From Octopus vulgaris (lineage: Eukaryota): a stretch of 64,000 nt of DNA. Shown here in pieces: positions 13,200 to 26,072 of this stretch. The stretch covers positions 127,286,001 through 127,350,000 of the forward strand of contig OX597820.1 of NCBI GenBank assembly GCA_951406725.2. The letters are read 5' to 3'. A program made the translations under genes and the position numbers. The notes under the pieces are model-generated. The model had not been told where the DNA came from. It did not search any database and saw only the letters and a program-made list of their open reading frames with translations. The stretch's first letter is position 1, and every line of letters begins with the position of its first letter.

Positions 13200-15264
13200 T
13201 ATCGCTAATGTAAGAACGCACACTCTACTTCCAATTTTATATAAGGAACAAGATAAAAAGTACTCAATCCTTTGAATTTATATATATTTTTTAAAATCAA
13301 AGCCAACTGTTGCTACTACTTCAAAATTGTTGCCATCCTAGCTTTCTTCAGATGACATTTCAGTCTCTCTCCCTCCATCTCTCTGTGCCCTCTCTCTCTC
13401 TTTCTCCCCCCTCTCTCTCTCATGGGCTGAGTAGTGGTATTTATCATTCCATGCGAGTATGCATCACATACTTCCAATAGATCAATTGAGGTTCATTTCA
13501 TGACTATAATTCACCTGGTAGAGTTTATTTTGACAGAAGCATTTTTATATAATTTTTCTTTCTTTTTGTCTGTTTCTTTTTTTCCCATTCACTTCACTTG
13601 AGTATATTGCAATGTTGCATCAAGACATTATATTTCCACTGTGCAAAATAAACACTGCTTTGCTTCATAGATATGGGGGTATCATGTTTGCAGTAATTGT
13701 CTATACAATAATATCCCTGTTTTGTAGCTCTTTTAGTCCATTTGTAGTAGGAAAAAAATAGACTGTAACGTCCTCATCATCATGGCAGAGAACTGGTAGA
13801 ATCTTCACCACATCAAATAAAATGCTTAATTGTTATTCAGGCTCTTTACCTTCTGAGTTCTAATTCCACCAAAATCAGTTTTGCTTTTCATCCTTTCGGG
13901 GTCAATAGAATAAGTAGCAGCTGAGCCCTTTCCCCAAATTTTCAGACCTTCTGCCTATAATAGAAAGAATTATCATTATTAAGGTGGCTAGATAGCAGAA
14001 TGGTAGTGGAAATGGTATTTCAGCTGCCTTTACATTCTGAGTTCAAATTCCACTGAGGTTAACTTTGCCTCTAGCCTTTTTTTCTGTACTGGGGTTGATG
14101 TAATCAACTTACACCCCTACCCCAAAATTGCTGGCCTTGTACCAAAATTTGAGAACATTATTAATAACCCTTTCTACTGGAAGTACAAGGCCTCAGATTT
14201 GGGGGAAGGGATTAAGTCGATTACATCGATCCCAGTGCTGGTACTTATTTAATCGACCCCAAAAGAAGAAAGGCAAAGTTGACCTTGGCAGAATTTGAAC
14301 TCAGAACATAGATGAAATACTGCTAAGCATTTTTACTCAATGTGCTAACGATTCTGCCTGCTCACCGTCTGATACCATTATTAATAATAATAGTGGTGCC
14401 ATGTAAAAAAGCACTTGTGCTGGTAAAATGTTAAAAGCACCTGTGTGGATTCCACATATAAAGCACCCAATCACCAGTGCTGGTATCAAATAAAAAACTC
14501 CCAGTACACCTGAGAAGTGGTTGGCATTAGAAAGAGCATACAACTATAGAAACTATACCAAAACAGACAATTAGAGCCTGGAGCAGCTTACCAGCTCCTG
14601 TGAAACCATCCAAACCATGCCAGCCTGGAAAATGGGTGAAATTTTAGCAAGAGTGGGTAAGTCATTTACATTGACTCCAGTGTCCTAACTGGTACTGATT
14701 TTATCAACCCCCAAAAGAGATGGGAGGCAAAGTTGACCTTGGCCAAATTTGAACTCGGAACTTAAAGGTGGACGAAATATTGCTAAGTTTTTTTGGGGTT
14801 TTTTTCCGGCATGCTAATGATTCTGCCAGCTCACTGCCTTATTATTATAATAATAATAATGATGATGATGATGATGCAGTGACATGGCAATGTTGTTAAT
14901 ATGCTGGACAAATGCTTAGTAGCATTGTGAGTTCAAATTTTGCCACGGTTGACTTTGATCAATGTAATTGACTAGCCCACTCCCTAAAATATTTCAGGTT
15001 TTGTGCCTAATAGGAATTATTTATTATTATTATTATTATTATTATTGTTATTATTATTATTATCTGCTAGCACTCTGGGCAAAATGCTTACTGGCATTTT
15101 GTCTGTCTTCATATTCTGAGTTCAAATTCCACAGAGGTCAACTCTGCCTTTCTTCCTCTCAAGGTCACTAAATACCAACTGAGTACTGGTGTTAATGCAA
15201 ATCGACCTACTCCCTACTCTAAAATTGCTGGCTTGTTTCAAAATTATTCTTACTATTATTATTC

Positions 15265-15625
15265 ATTTAATATCTACTTTCTATGCTGGCATGGGATAGA
15301 CAGTTTGACTAGAACTGGTAAGCCAGAGAGCAGCACCGGGCTCCAGTCTGATTTGGCATGATTTCTATGGCTGGATGCCCTCCCTAATGCCCACCACTCC
15401 AAGAGTGTAATGGGTGCTTTTTACATGCCACTAGCATGGGTCCTTTATGTGCCAGTTAAGTGACACCAGCATCAGCCATGACTACGATTTCATTTGGTTT
15501 GACAAGTCTTCCCAAGCATATCGCCAAAGGTCTCAGTCACTTTTCATCGCCTCTGTGGGGTCCAACATTCAAAGATCGTGCTTCACCACTTCATCCCATG
15601 TCTTCCTGGGTCTGCCTCTTCCCTC
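15265..15625 (-). mobile_element. RTE LINE 3' fragment (same family as 53577-54315)
   Basis: Minus strand reads GRGRPRKTWDEVVKHDL*...DLWRYA, followed by the shared 3' UTR. Confidence 0.7.
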
Positions 15626-15632
15626 CATTTTG

Positions 15633-15708
<76 letters not shown>
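15633..15708. repeat. (ATT)n microsatellite
   Basis: Directly visible. Confidence 0.95.
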
Positions 15709-15709
<1 letters not shown>

Positions 15710-15920
15710 GGTAGCAAGCTGGCAGAATCGTTAGCATGTTGGCAAAAATGCTTCGTGGCAATTTCATCTGTCCCTATGTTCTGAGCTCAAATTCCACCAA
15801 AGTCGACTTTGCTTTTCATCCTTTCAGGGTTAATGAAATAGGTACCAGTTATGAACTGGTGTCAATGTAATCAACTTAATCTCCTCCCCCAAGCTGCCCT
15901 TGTGGTAAAAATTTGAAATT
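15708..15920 (+). mobile_element. Representative copy of a third abundant SINE-like family
   Basis: AAGGTAGCAAGCTGGCAGAATCGTTAGC...GAGCTCAAATTCC...TTTCATCCTTTCAGGGT...GTACCAG. Many copies in both orientations, densest at 13780-16080 and 18290-18840. Confidence 0.7.
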
Positions 15921-18597
15921 ATTATTATGCTGAGGTTGACTTTGCATTTCCATTTAGAGTCAATAAAATAATTACCAGTCAAATACTAGAGAGGGTACTA
16001 ATTGACTAGTACCCTCTCGGGTACTAATCGACTAGTACCCTCTCTGCCAAATATCAGGCTTTGTACGTATGGTAGAAAGAATTGTTGTTGGCTTTTTGTT
16101 CTTTTCCTTGTGTCTGTTGTTAGCATTGTCCTCAGGGAAATAGCTTAATAACCAAGCATTGCATTTAACAAAGTATTCTGAATGCTAAAAGATTAAGAAA
16201 AGTAGCCTTGTTTTTAGTTAAAAGAATTCCTACTAGATTTAAGAACTTGTCCCTCTTACATATGTGTGTGTTGTGTTCCTCCCCCCCTCCGCCCCATTAT
16301 TTTCACATTAGCACTGGGTATGTCAGGTTACCAAACACTGACTCTTTAAAGTCATTTGTTTACACCATAGTTCTGGTAGTTACATAGAACACTTCCTTTC
16401 AGACCTCAGTTGGACTTGTTAGATTTTGACTGAATAAATATAGTTATTTTCTGTCAGGGTAACAGTCATTACAAGTTTAAATGGGGTTTTGTTTTTTTTT
16501 TAAATATTCTCCTTTTTATTAACCATTATATATGTTGATAATTTACAAACTCATTCAGTTAAAAATTATGAAATAACTCCCTCCCACCTCATTTTCCTTC
16601 TTATTAATTCTATATTTATTGGTTATTTTATTTTATATTTTTTAATAGTATTCTTTGATAGCTTTTCATCTCCCCCCCTCCTATCTGTCATTGCTCCCTA
16701 CCACCTCCCCATGTCTTTATGTTTGAATTTGCTTTTGTATGAATTTAATTTCAATTTTGTGCATGAGTAATATCTCTATGTTCATATGTGTATGTGTGCA
16801 TGTATAAGTATGTCATTTAGTTTGTATGTGTGTATATGTATCTGTACATGTATGTGAATATCTGTTTGCATGTGTATATATATACACACACACATATGTA
16901 TATGTGTGTTTATCTGCATGTATGTATGTGATTGTGTATAAATGTCTGTTTATTTACATGCATGTGTGTGTGTGTACATGTCTTGAGTATATGCATGCAT
17001 TATATGTGTATACATATGTATGTGTTGTGTTTATAATGTTGGACAGTCAAAATATGTGTAGTTTACACATTCTATATGAATGAGTCAGAATGACTTACAA
17101 AGTTACCCACAATTCATTGGTTTTGTACTTTTTTTTTTCTATGTGTATATGTCTTTGCATTTCAGAATTACGGTGATAAGCCTAAATTGGTTTGGATCTC
17201 CTTGATATCAAGGGAGATAAGTGTTTATGGGGAAGAGGAAAGGGGTGTGATCTCTCTTTTAAACTGTTACAGCTCACGGAAACAACCGTGAATACATGCA
17301 TGTGCTATCTCCAGACAATTGTTTTCCTGGGTGGAACGGAAACGGAGAACAAGCTAGCTGGCTAGCTTAGTAAATAAGTATGATTCGCAGGCATTATTAG
17401 ATCATGAACATCTGGTAGCTAATGGATTAATAGCTATATGATCTGAAGGACATGAAACCAGGACGTTCCCCTTGATTGCCATAATATGGTGATACAGGAC
17501 TTCTGACTAATATCAGATTAGTTCAGCTGTGGTATAGCACCATGTTATTTCTGATTAATCTGCCGTATTATCGATGGCCAGCACTTCTGACTAACCAAGT
17601 TCCATTGCTTCAGGAATTGAGGTTTTTCTTTTTGCTAAATTCCTTAGTGTTATTAATTCCAGTGTTCTTTATTTCATTGCATGTCCACAGTACATTTAAG
17701 TGCAGCTCTATGTGCTTTTGGGCATTTAATAATGGAATATGTATTTCCGTGCTTAGTCATGTTATTTCTTTGTGTGTTGTTTATTATATAAAGTCCTGGT
17801 GATTTTGGTGGTATATTTGCTTGTGTCTTTGTTTTATCATTCCCAAGACACCTATTATTTTAGGGATTCACTATCATCATCACATCAATTTTTTCCATGC
17901 TTGCATGGGTTGGATGGAAATCACTGAGACATATTTCTAATAGCTGGATGCCCTTCCTGTCACCAACTCTTAACTGTTGTCAAATAAGATAACATTTTTC
18001 CTTGGCCAGACATGTTTTTAACGGGAAACTGGAAATGAATGACACCTGCTTCCTAGCATCACATGATGTCAGTGCAAGGAGACACACCTGTGCACGTGCT
18101 CACACAGACACACAGACACACTCAACTTGCTTCTTTCAATTTCTGTCTACTAAAACCACTCTTATTTTTTCAAGATGGTAAGATGTAATTTGAGTTAGAT
18201 TTGACTGCTGTTTCTGGCAGGTCAAGAATTATTTGCAGCATATGAAAGTTCTCTCTCATGCTTGTATACTATTATCATTTTTATTATTATTATTGGCAAC
18301 CTGGCAAAATGCTTAGCAGTATTTCATTCATCTTTATGCTGTGAGTTCAAATTCCGCCAAAGTCAACTTTTGCTTTTCATCCTTTCGGGGTCAATAAATT
18401 AAGTACCAGTTAAACATGGGTCGATGTAATCAACTAGTCCCCTCCCCACAAATTCCAGGCCTTGTGCCTAGAGTAGAAAGGTGTTATTATTTGGCTCAGG
18501 TTCAGTCTTATTCCTGGTAAGATTTATGTGGGTAGCGAGTTACTACCTCTAACCTTATTCAGCCACAAGTTTTCAGTCTTTCAAGTGCTTAGAACCC

Positions 18598-18635
<38 letters not shown>

Positions 18636-19486
18636 TAAGGTAGTGGAGCTGGTGGAACCAGAACTTTGCAATATTTGCTATAGGACTTCAGGATTCTGAG
18701 TTCACCTCCCACAGACATCAACTTTATCTTTTATCCCTCTGGGGTGAATAAAATAAAGTACCAGTCAAGTACTGGAGCCAATTTACTCAACTAACCTCTG
18801 TCCCCTGATTTCAGGCTTTTTGTGGCTATATTAGGCAATTATTATTGTACCTCTATCTAAGTGCAATTTTAGATTTAGTTTCTTCAAATCCATTTTACAT
18901 ATTTTAGGTGAATTCTATCTCATTTAAAATATTTCAGCACTTAATCTTCCTCTGATCTTGAACTGTTTAATTTTCTCTTCTTTACCATCACTGTGAAACA
19001 TGTCCAAGTTCCGGAGAAAAGATCAAATGCACAAATTATTTTGCATCTTTATTTACAATATAGATTTTATAAATTTTATAAATTCAGTAAAAACTATAAG
19101 TTGCTGGTAAGATTTATCATCCATTGGCACAAACACCAAATTTCTGTGTACAAAGTGCTTACCTACAATTAATAACTGAGATATGCACCCTGTCTGCTCT
19201 GTAAAGTGGTTGGTGTTAGGAAGAACACCCAGTCGTAAAAACCATGCCAAAGCAGACCTTGCTGGTGCCATGTAAAAAAACACCTTGTCCGTTCTATAAA
19301 GTTGGTGTTAGGAAGGGCATCCAGCTGTAAAAGCCATACCAAAGCAGATAGTGGAGCTTGGCACATTTCTCTGACTTACCAGCTCCAGTCAAACTGTTCA
19401 ACCCATGTCTGCATTAAATGAGGATGATGATAATGATGAAGACATGGGACATATTTGTTATTAGATTTCTCTTTTCTCTGTTGCAG

Positions 19487-20058
19487 GGATACTGATTATT
19501 ATAATGACCGCAGTAATTACCACAACAACGCACCATTGATAGGGGGAAACATTCAATATGGAGATTTACCCCCTTATCCAGAAGTTTACCCTAATGACCC
19601 CGCCATGAGACATCTTCCATATGAAAACAATGCATTTGATCCCCCGGTGCACAGTTCTGTGGTGAGCCCCCACTATCGTGATTCTCCTGTTGGAGAGCCT
19701 GTTATTGGTTATGCAAATTCTTACCGTGAATCGCCTTACGACTTGCGGCACAACAACGAACCTGTTCTGGATAAATACAACAAGCCTCTCATGGCCAACA
19801 ACGGTAGATACCCTGACGATGGTTTGGACCTTATGTATCGTGGTTCTCCATCGCATCAGGAGCCGGGATTACCTTATGGCATTGATGATGTTAACAAACG
19901 ACACCAAGGTCTACCTCCTGTCAGGGTCGATCCCTTTGCTGATGACCTATTCAAGGACCAAGTTCAAGATGACGTAATTCATAATGGACCTCCACCATTA
20001 CCAGAGATGTCTACATTTCGACAGACACCATCACCAGCTATTGGAAGTGATAGATATG
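19487..20058 (+). CDS. Internal coding exon of a p120-/delta-catenin family gene (Tyr/Pro/Asp-rich N-terminal region)
   Basis: Pyrimidine tract plus TTGCAG acceptor ending at 19486, a stop-free frame (DTDYYNDRS...PSPAIGSDRY) and donor G|GTAAGT at 20059. The phase-1 end matches the next exon (G+TT=Val). Confidence 0.88.
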
Positions 20059-21752
20059 GTAAGTTTTATTCTTTGCATTCTCCTTGTGTTCATTCACTTC
20101 TCTGTTTGTGTTCCCATGCTATTGAAATTATAGATTCACAGCCAGATCGTTTCCCTGTTATTTTTTACTCTTATCTGTTTTTCTTATTTCACACGTCATC
20201 AAAGGCACAAAGCCAGCAGACAATTTATTGACAAGGGAAGTGACACCACCATCACTTGTAGTTCCTGATGTACACACACACTGAGCTCCTTTCAATTTCT
20301 ATCTACCAAATCAACTCACAAGGCTTTGGTTGGATAGGGCCACAGTAGAAATCACTTGCCCAAGGAGTTGTACAGTGTAATTGAACCAGAAACCACATAG
20401 TTAGTGGGAAATAACCTTAACCACACAGCTTAAAGTCCATCATATCATTTCGATAATATTGACTTTTGTTTCCACTTGACAATATAATTCTGTAGGGAAG
20501 ATAGAAATTACTGAAGCAATCCATATTAATTATAGCAACCCATTTTATCAATGTAATTAAAGTCTGTATTAACTGTCTAATTACATACAGAAACATATAG
20601 TACATCATGTAATTATTTGCGGCTTCTTGTACCTTGGGAATTTACTCTGGCACCTCATCATCACCATTTTTATCATCTTTCTAGCTACTTCCACCCACTC
20701 TTATATAATGCTGGGTGGCTATGTATCTCCTCCATGGCGAAACGCTTGTGCTTGTCCCTCTGTCATACTTTGATCTCTCAACATCTAGCATAAAGCCACT
20801 TCCCCCTCTAATTCTCTCCCCTTTGCCATCAGACACAAGCTTTTCTTGCAGTTTACCTGGTGAGTGTTTACCTGCATGAGTGTCAGTGTCATGGGAAAAG
20901 CACCCATTACATACTGTAAAAGTGGCTGGTGTTAGAAAGAGCATCCAGCTCACCCTCATTGAACATCTGTTCTACATACTCACATGGGTTGAACAGCTTG
21001 ACAGGAACTGGTAAGGCCAGGGACCACACCAGATTCCATAATCTGTTTTTTGGCTTGGTTTCTATGGCTGGATGCCCTTCCTGATGCCAACCCCTCCACA
21101 GTGTACTGAATGCTTTATTAAAACTGACATTACAGTTTGTCGGTTCTTGACAAACCATGCCAACTCCTGCCAGCACGGAAAGCAGATGTCGAATGAACTG
21201 CGGAGGGTGATGAAGCATGTGTTTCTTTTACATGTTCTTAGTTTTTGTTTGATTTCATTCATTTTGTCACAAACATCTTAGCAAGTAGTTCTAACTAATC
21301 AGAAGTTACGTACACCTGAAAATTGAGTTTATTTAAAGCCACCACCACCACTGCCATAATCCAATCTAACAAAAAAACGCAAAAACCACAATAATAGCTT
21401 TTAGCAAAATAACATTAAACTTTGTTCTTTTAACTTGGTCTGTTGTGAAACACAATTTAAATACTAAGTAAGCATCAGTCTCAATTATTACTGTTAGTTC
21501 CAAACACAATAACCACACAAATTAGAATTAAAAAGCGAAGATAGTTATTTAATTTAGAGAATTTAGATGCAAACATGGCTGTGCGGTAAGAAGCTTGCTT
21601 CCCAACCATGTAGATGCTGGTTCAAATCCCAGTGTGTGGTACTATAGACCTGGGCCAACAAAAGCCTTGTGAGTGGATTTGGAAGATAGAAACTGAAAGA
21701 AGCCTGTCGTGTGTGTGGGTGTCTCTTGAATGGAGACAAATATACACACATA

Positions 21753-21759
<7 letters not shown>

Positions 21760-21796
<37 letters not shown>

Positions 21797-21995
21797 TACA
21801 TACATATATACATACATATATATACATATGTACATGTATGTACATATATGTACATATATATATATGTATATATGTACATGTATGTACATTATGTATGGTA
21901 CATATATACACATACATATATATATGTACATATATACACATACATGCACATACATGCACACACACATGCGCACGCACACATATGTACATATACGT
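21760..21995. repeat. Compound (CT)n/(CA)n/(TA)n low-complexity tract
   Basis: Directly visible. Confidence 0.9.
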
Positions 21996-22896
21996 ATTAC
22001 TCGAGGCTTTTGACAAAATATAGGAAGGTATAGCATCACATAATGTAGAAGACAACTGGAAGTTTCTACAGGACAATCTGTTGAGGGCTACTGACCAGAT
22101 CTGTGGGTGGTGCAATGCCCCTTCGTGGCATGTAAAACGCACCATTCAAGCATGGCTGATGCCATTGTTGCCTGACTGGCACATAAAAAGCACCCACTAC
22201 TCCGAGTGGTTGGCATTAGGAAGGGCATCCAGCTGTAGAAACTTTGCCAGATCAGACTGGAGCCTGGTACAGCCTTCTGGCTTGCCAGTCTTCTGTCAAC
22301 ACATGCCAGCCTGGAAAGCAGGTATTAAGCAATGATGATGATGACACACACAGACACACACACACACACACACACACTGGGTTTCTTTCAAGTACTTCTT
22401 TGATTTTGCTAGCCTGGTACTAGATTATGTGTTGTTATAACATTGCAGTTCTCTACACAGTTATGTACATTCCTTCCTCTCTTCGACACAAGTCACTGTG
22501 TATATGTTAAGATGGTGAACCAGCAGAATTGTTTAGTTTATGAGACAAAGTACTTTGTGGAATTTCTTCTGATACTTTACATTCTGAGTTCAAATACTGC
22601 AAAAGACAGTTTTGCCTTTTATCCCTTTGGAGGAGCAGAATAAATTAAGTACCAGTCGAGTAACCCTCTCCCTCTAAGATTTCTGGCCTTGATACTATTA
22701 TACATATATATATTGTTTTGCAATGTACTTGGTGACCCTGTCAGTACAGGTACCACTTAAAAAGCATCCAGTCCACACTGTAAAATGGTTGGTGTTTGGA
22801 AGGGCATCCAGCTGTAAAAATCCTGCCAAAACAGTCACTTCAACTGTCCCACCCATGTCAGCATGGAAGGCAAGACATTAAACGGCAATGATGATG

Positions 22897-22928
<32 letters not shown>

Positions 22929-23759
22929 GACCAGTAGTGGTAAGTGGTGGTGAGCCAGCTGAATCGTTAGTATGCCAGTCAAAGTGCTTATCATCATTTC
23001 AACTGTCTTTGTGTTCTGAGTTCAAATTCTACCAATGGTTACTTCGCCTTTCATTCTTTCTGGGCTGATGAAATAACTTCCAGTCATATACTGGGGTCAA
23101 TGTAATTGCTAGCCCCTTCCCACAAAACTCCAGGCTTTGTGTCTATAATAGAAAGCATTGTTGTTGTTGTCATTATTATTATTATTATTGCTACTTGCTG
23201 TTAATATGTAAACACACTGTCATGTGATCACAGTCGTAATTGTAACTGTACCATTTCTGCTGATTTGGTAAGTTTTTTCCCCCGTGGCAGTAATATTGAT
23301 AACATATAAGCTACACTGGTATCATTGTCTGCTGATGGTTGTAAAATGATATCAGATCTACAAATAACAACATCACATTCCTTGATAATGATGTTAAGAT
23401 TGAATATGTATATACAAATGATGCCAATTCCTGATTTGCAAGCTAAAGCAATTCTTTCTGTGTGTTTCTGCGTGACTGTCTTTCTGTCTGTGAGACGTGT
23501 GTCAAATAAAGGCCTCCAGACAGAAACAGCTTTCCATTTCCCATGATGTTCTTGTATTCTTTTCCTGGATTCAGTCACCGGACTGCAGATATGCTGGAGT
23601 AGCAGGATTGAAGCTACTAGTCAATCATGTCAGTCTTTAAACTTGTTAGTTGTTTAATTCTGCTACTTATATTATTGATCACTGTGGATCAATAACATGA
23701 GTAGCGAAATGTAAAGAATACAACAACAGTATTTAGGCTTTTGTAAATATTCAATAGGG

Positions 23760-24040
23760 CCCTGTGAGGAACTTCTTACCACAGTAAAGAAACACAAACT
23801 CAAGTGGTTTGGGCATGTCACCTGCTCATCTAGGATGGCCAAAACGATCCTTCAGAGAACAGTCCAAGGTGGCAGATGCAGACAGAGAAAGAGGTGGGAA
23901 AACATCTCTGAGTGGACAGGCCTAAAGATGAGAGATGCAGTGTGAGAGGCAGAAGACAGATGGGTGGAGGGATCTGGCTGCAGAGTCATTAGTGGTGCCC
24001 GAATGGTCAGCCAGACTATGGGATATGTTATGTAATGTAA
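23760..24040 (+). mobile_element. Degenerate RTE LINE 3' fragment
   Basis: Reads EELLTTVKKHKLKWFGHVT...KTILQRTVQGGR...ISEWTGL, an RTE C-terminus. Ends in a short (TGTAA) tail. Confidence 0.7.
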
Positions 24041-24823
24041 ATACACAAATGCACAACCTTATATTTTGAGGCCCATAGTCACCATTTTTGAGAAGAGGAG
24101 TTCAATTAATTACATCAATTAATTACATCAACTTCAGTGTTTGACTGGTATTTTATTGACCCCAGAATGATGACAGGCAGAGTTGATGTTGGTAGGAATT
24201 GAATTCAGAATGTATGGAGTTTCAACACATGCATCTAAGTATTTATTCTGATGCTCTAATGATTCAACCAGATGAACTTGCTCACAGTTTCTGTTTACCA
24301 AATTCCACTTATTATTTATTAGTAAACCTGGGGTTTAACTGAAGATATTGGGACCCCAGTGTGCTGTGCCGTAGGATCAAACCTGGAATCCTATAATTGT
24401 TTCCATACACTGGAACTTTGAATTAGCAAAGCGGTTACAATTCATAACTGTATTACATATAACAGTTATTGACATATGCTGTGTGTGTGTGTGTGTGTAT
24501 GCATAGACAAGAGCCAGTATAAGAGCTTCTCTCGTAACTACCACATTAAATAGAAATATTAAATTTCTAAATATCTGAGAGAGATATAAGCAGCGGTGGA
24601 ACGATAGAACAGTTGTATACTGTCACCTTAATGTGCCAGTCCCATGAAGGGAATCACACCACTGCTGTTTAGCCCTAGGAAGCATCAACGCTTCCTGTTG
24701 GCTTTGACACATTTTCTGTGTCCTTATGTTTATGAAGGGGAGACAAGCATCCCCAACAGTTAGGCCTGCATCCAGAGACTTGCTTCTGAGTCTTGCTCAT
24801 CAAAAGATAACATATAAGACTGA

Positions 24824-24848
24824 TACACACACACGCACACACACACAC

Positions 24849-24904
<56 letters not shown>

Positions 24905-24915
24905 ACACACACACA
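24824..24915. repeat. (CA)n microsatellite
   Basis: Directly visible. Confidence 0.95.
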
Positions 24916-25297
24916 TTCATGGCTGTGTGGTAAAAAGCTTGCTTCCCAAACACACACTAGTGTGTGTGCTTGTTCCCCAGTGCTGCTTGACAACTGGTGT
25001 TGGTGTGTTTACATCCCCATAACTTAGTGATTTGGCAAAAGAGACTGAAACAATAAGTACCAGGCTTAAAAAGAAAATCCTTCAGTTTGGTGCCCCAGCA
25101 TGGCCGCAGTCTGATAATTGAAACGAGTAAAAGATAAAGATATATTAAAGATAAGAAAAAAAAATGGACGGTGGGGTTCAATCAATGAGGAAGTGGGGGG
25201 GGGGCAGAGGAAGCTGTTTAAAAGAAACGATTTTAAATTATGATCTCTGCTATTCAAATTTCTGTTTGATTTTCCCCCAAATTTATGTTTCTTTCAG

Positions 25298-25567
25298 TTC
25301 CAAACCAATATGGTGATGGACCCCCATCATATCGGGAGCTTGACCGGGACAAAAAATATGGCAAAAATGAATTTCCAGCTGACTATATGAATGATCCAGT
25401 GAGTGGACATCCTGCACATTTAGGAAACTACAAAGAAGAGGATGGAACTTATTTTGTGGATAATACCATCCCAAGGAGGAGACCGGATTACTATAATATT
25501 GAAAGCTCCAAACCACCCGATGAAGAATCTGATGGCTTAGCTTCATCATCGGTGGATGGCAGGTTAT
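25298..25567 (+). CDS. Internal coding exon of the p120-/delta-catenin family gene (pre-ARM region)
   Basis: Acceptor TTTCAG ends at 25297. It reads VPNQYGDGPPSYRELD...SSSVDGRL. Donor T|GTGAGT at 25568. Phase 1 at both ends fits the flanking exons. Confidence 0.87.
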
Positions 25568-25661
25568 GTGAGTATACTAAAATACTTTGCAGGTTTTTGA
25601 TGGGTTTTTTTTTTTTTGCTTTTTTTTTTGTATTCTACAGTTTTGCAGCATTTGAGGAATG

Positions 25662-26072
25662 GGATCTTTTCGGTTTGACCAGCAGCTTTTTAAAAATAAT
25701 TTCCACGTAACTAAACACTTTAAAACTTATTATACTTGTAGAATGTCTTTATAAAACATCTTTTTCTCTTGGCTTTATTGAGAAAATTCTATAGTTTGTA
25801 AGATATTTGTTGTTTCTTTTCTTCAATTTCTGCAATTTCAACCAATCAATGACGTCTATTGAGTTAAAAAGCATTCTGTGCTGTATGAATATGTCCCTCG
25901 TTTAAGAAACAGATTGGGTTTATTTACATTTGTGAAGAAAAAAAGATACCCTTCCCTCACCCCTAACCCTAAAACAGATTGAAATGCTATAGATCGATTC
26001 TAGGATCATAATTATGGGTGACAATTTCATATGACACCACTAGAAAAAACTGCCGTTCAAACCGAAAAGATC
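25662..26072. mobile_element. 411-bp MITE with TIRs and 9-bp TSD (Mutator-like)
   Basis: TIRs GGATCTTTTCGGTTTGA and TCAAACCGAAAAGATC. Direct repeat TGAGGAATG at 25653-25661 and 26073-26081. Confidence 0.85.

Noticed and set aside
15988-16045. 12-bp-stem hairpin plus short tandem duplication
   Set aside because: It comes from the self-complementary end of a SINE copy plus local slippage, with no sign of independent function.
19455-20231. 258-aa single-exon gene as given by the ORF track
   Set aside because: Both ends are intronic read-through. The real exon is bounded by splice sites at 19487 and 20058.
25955-25973. Interstitial telomere (CCCTAA)n
   Set aside because: Only about two units, and they are internal to a MITE.
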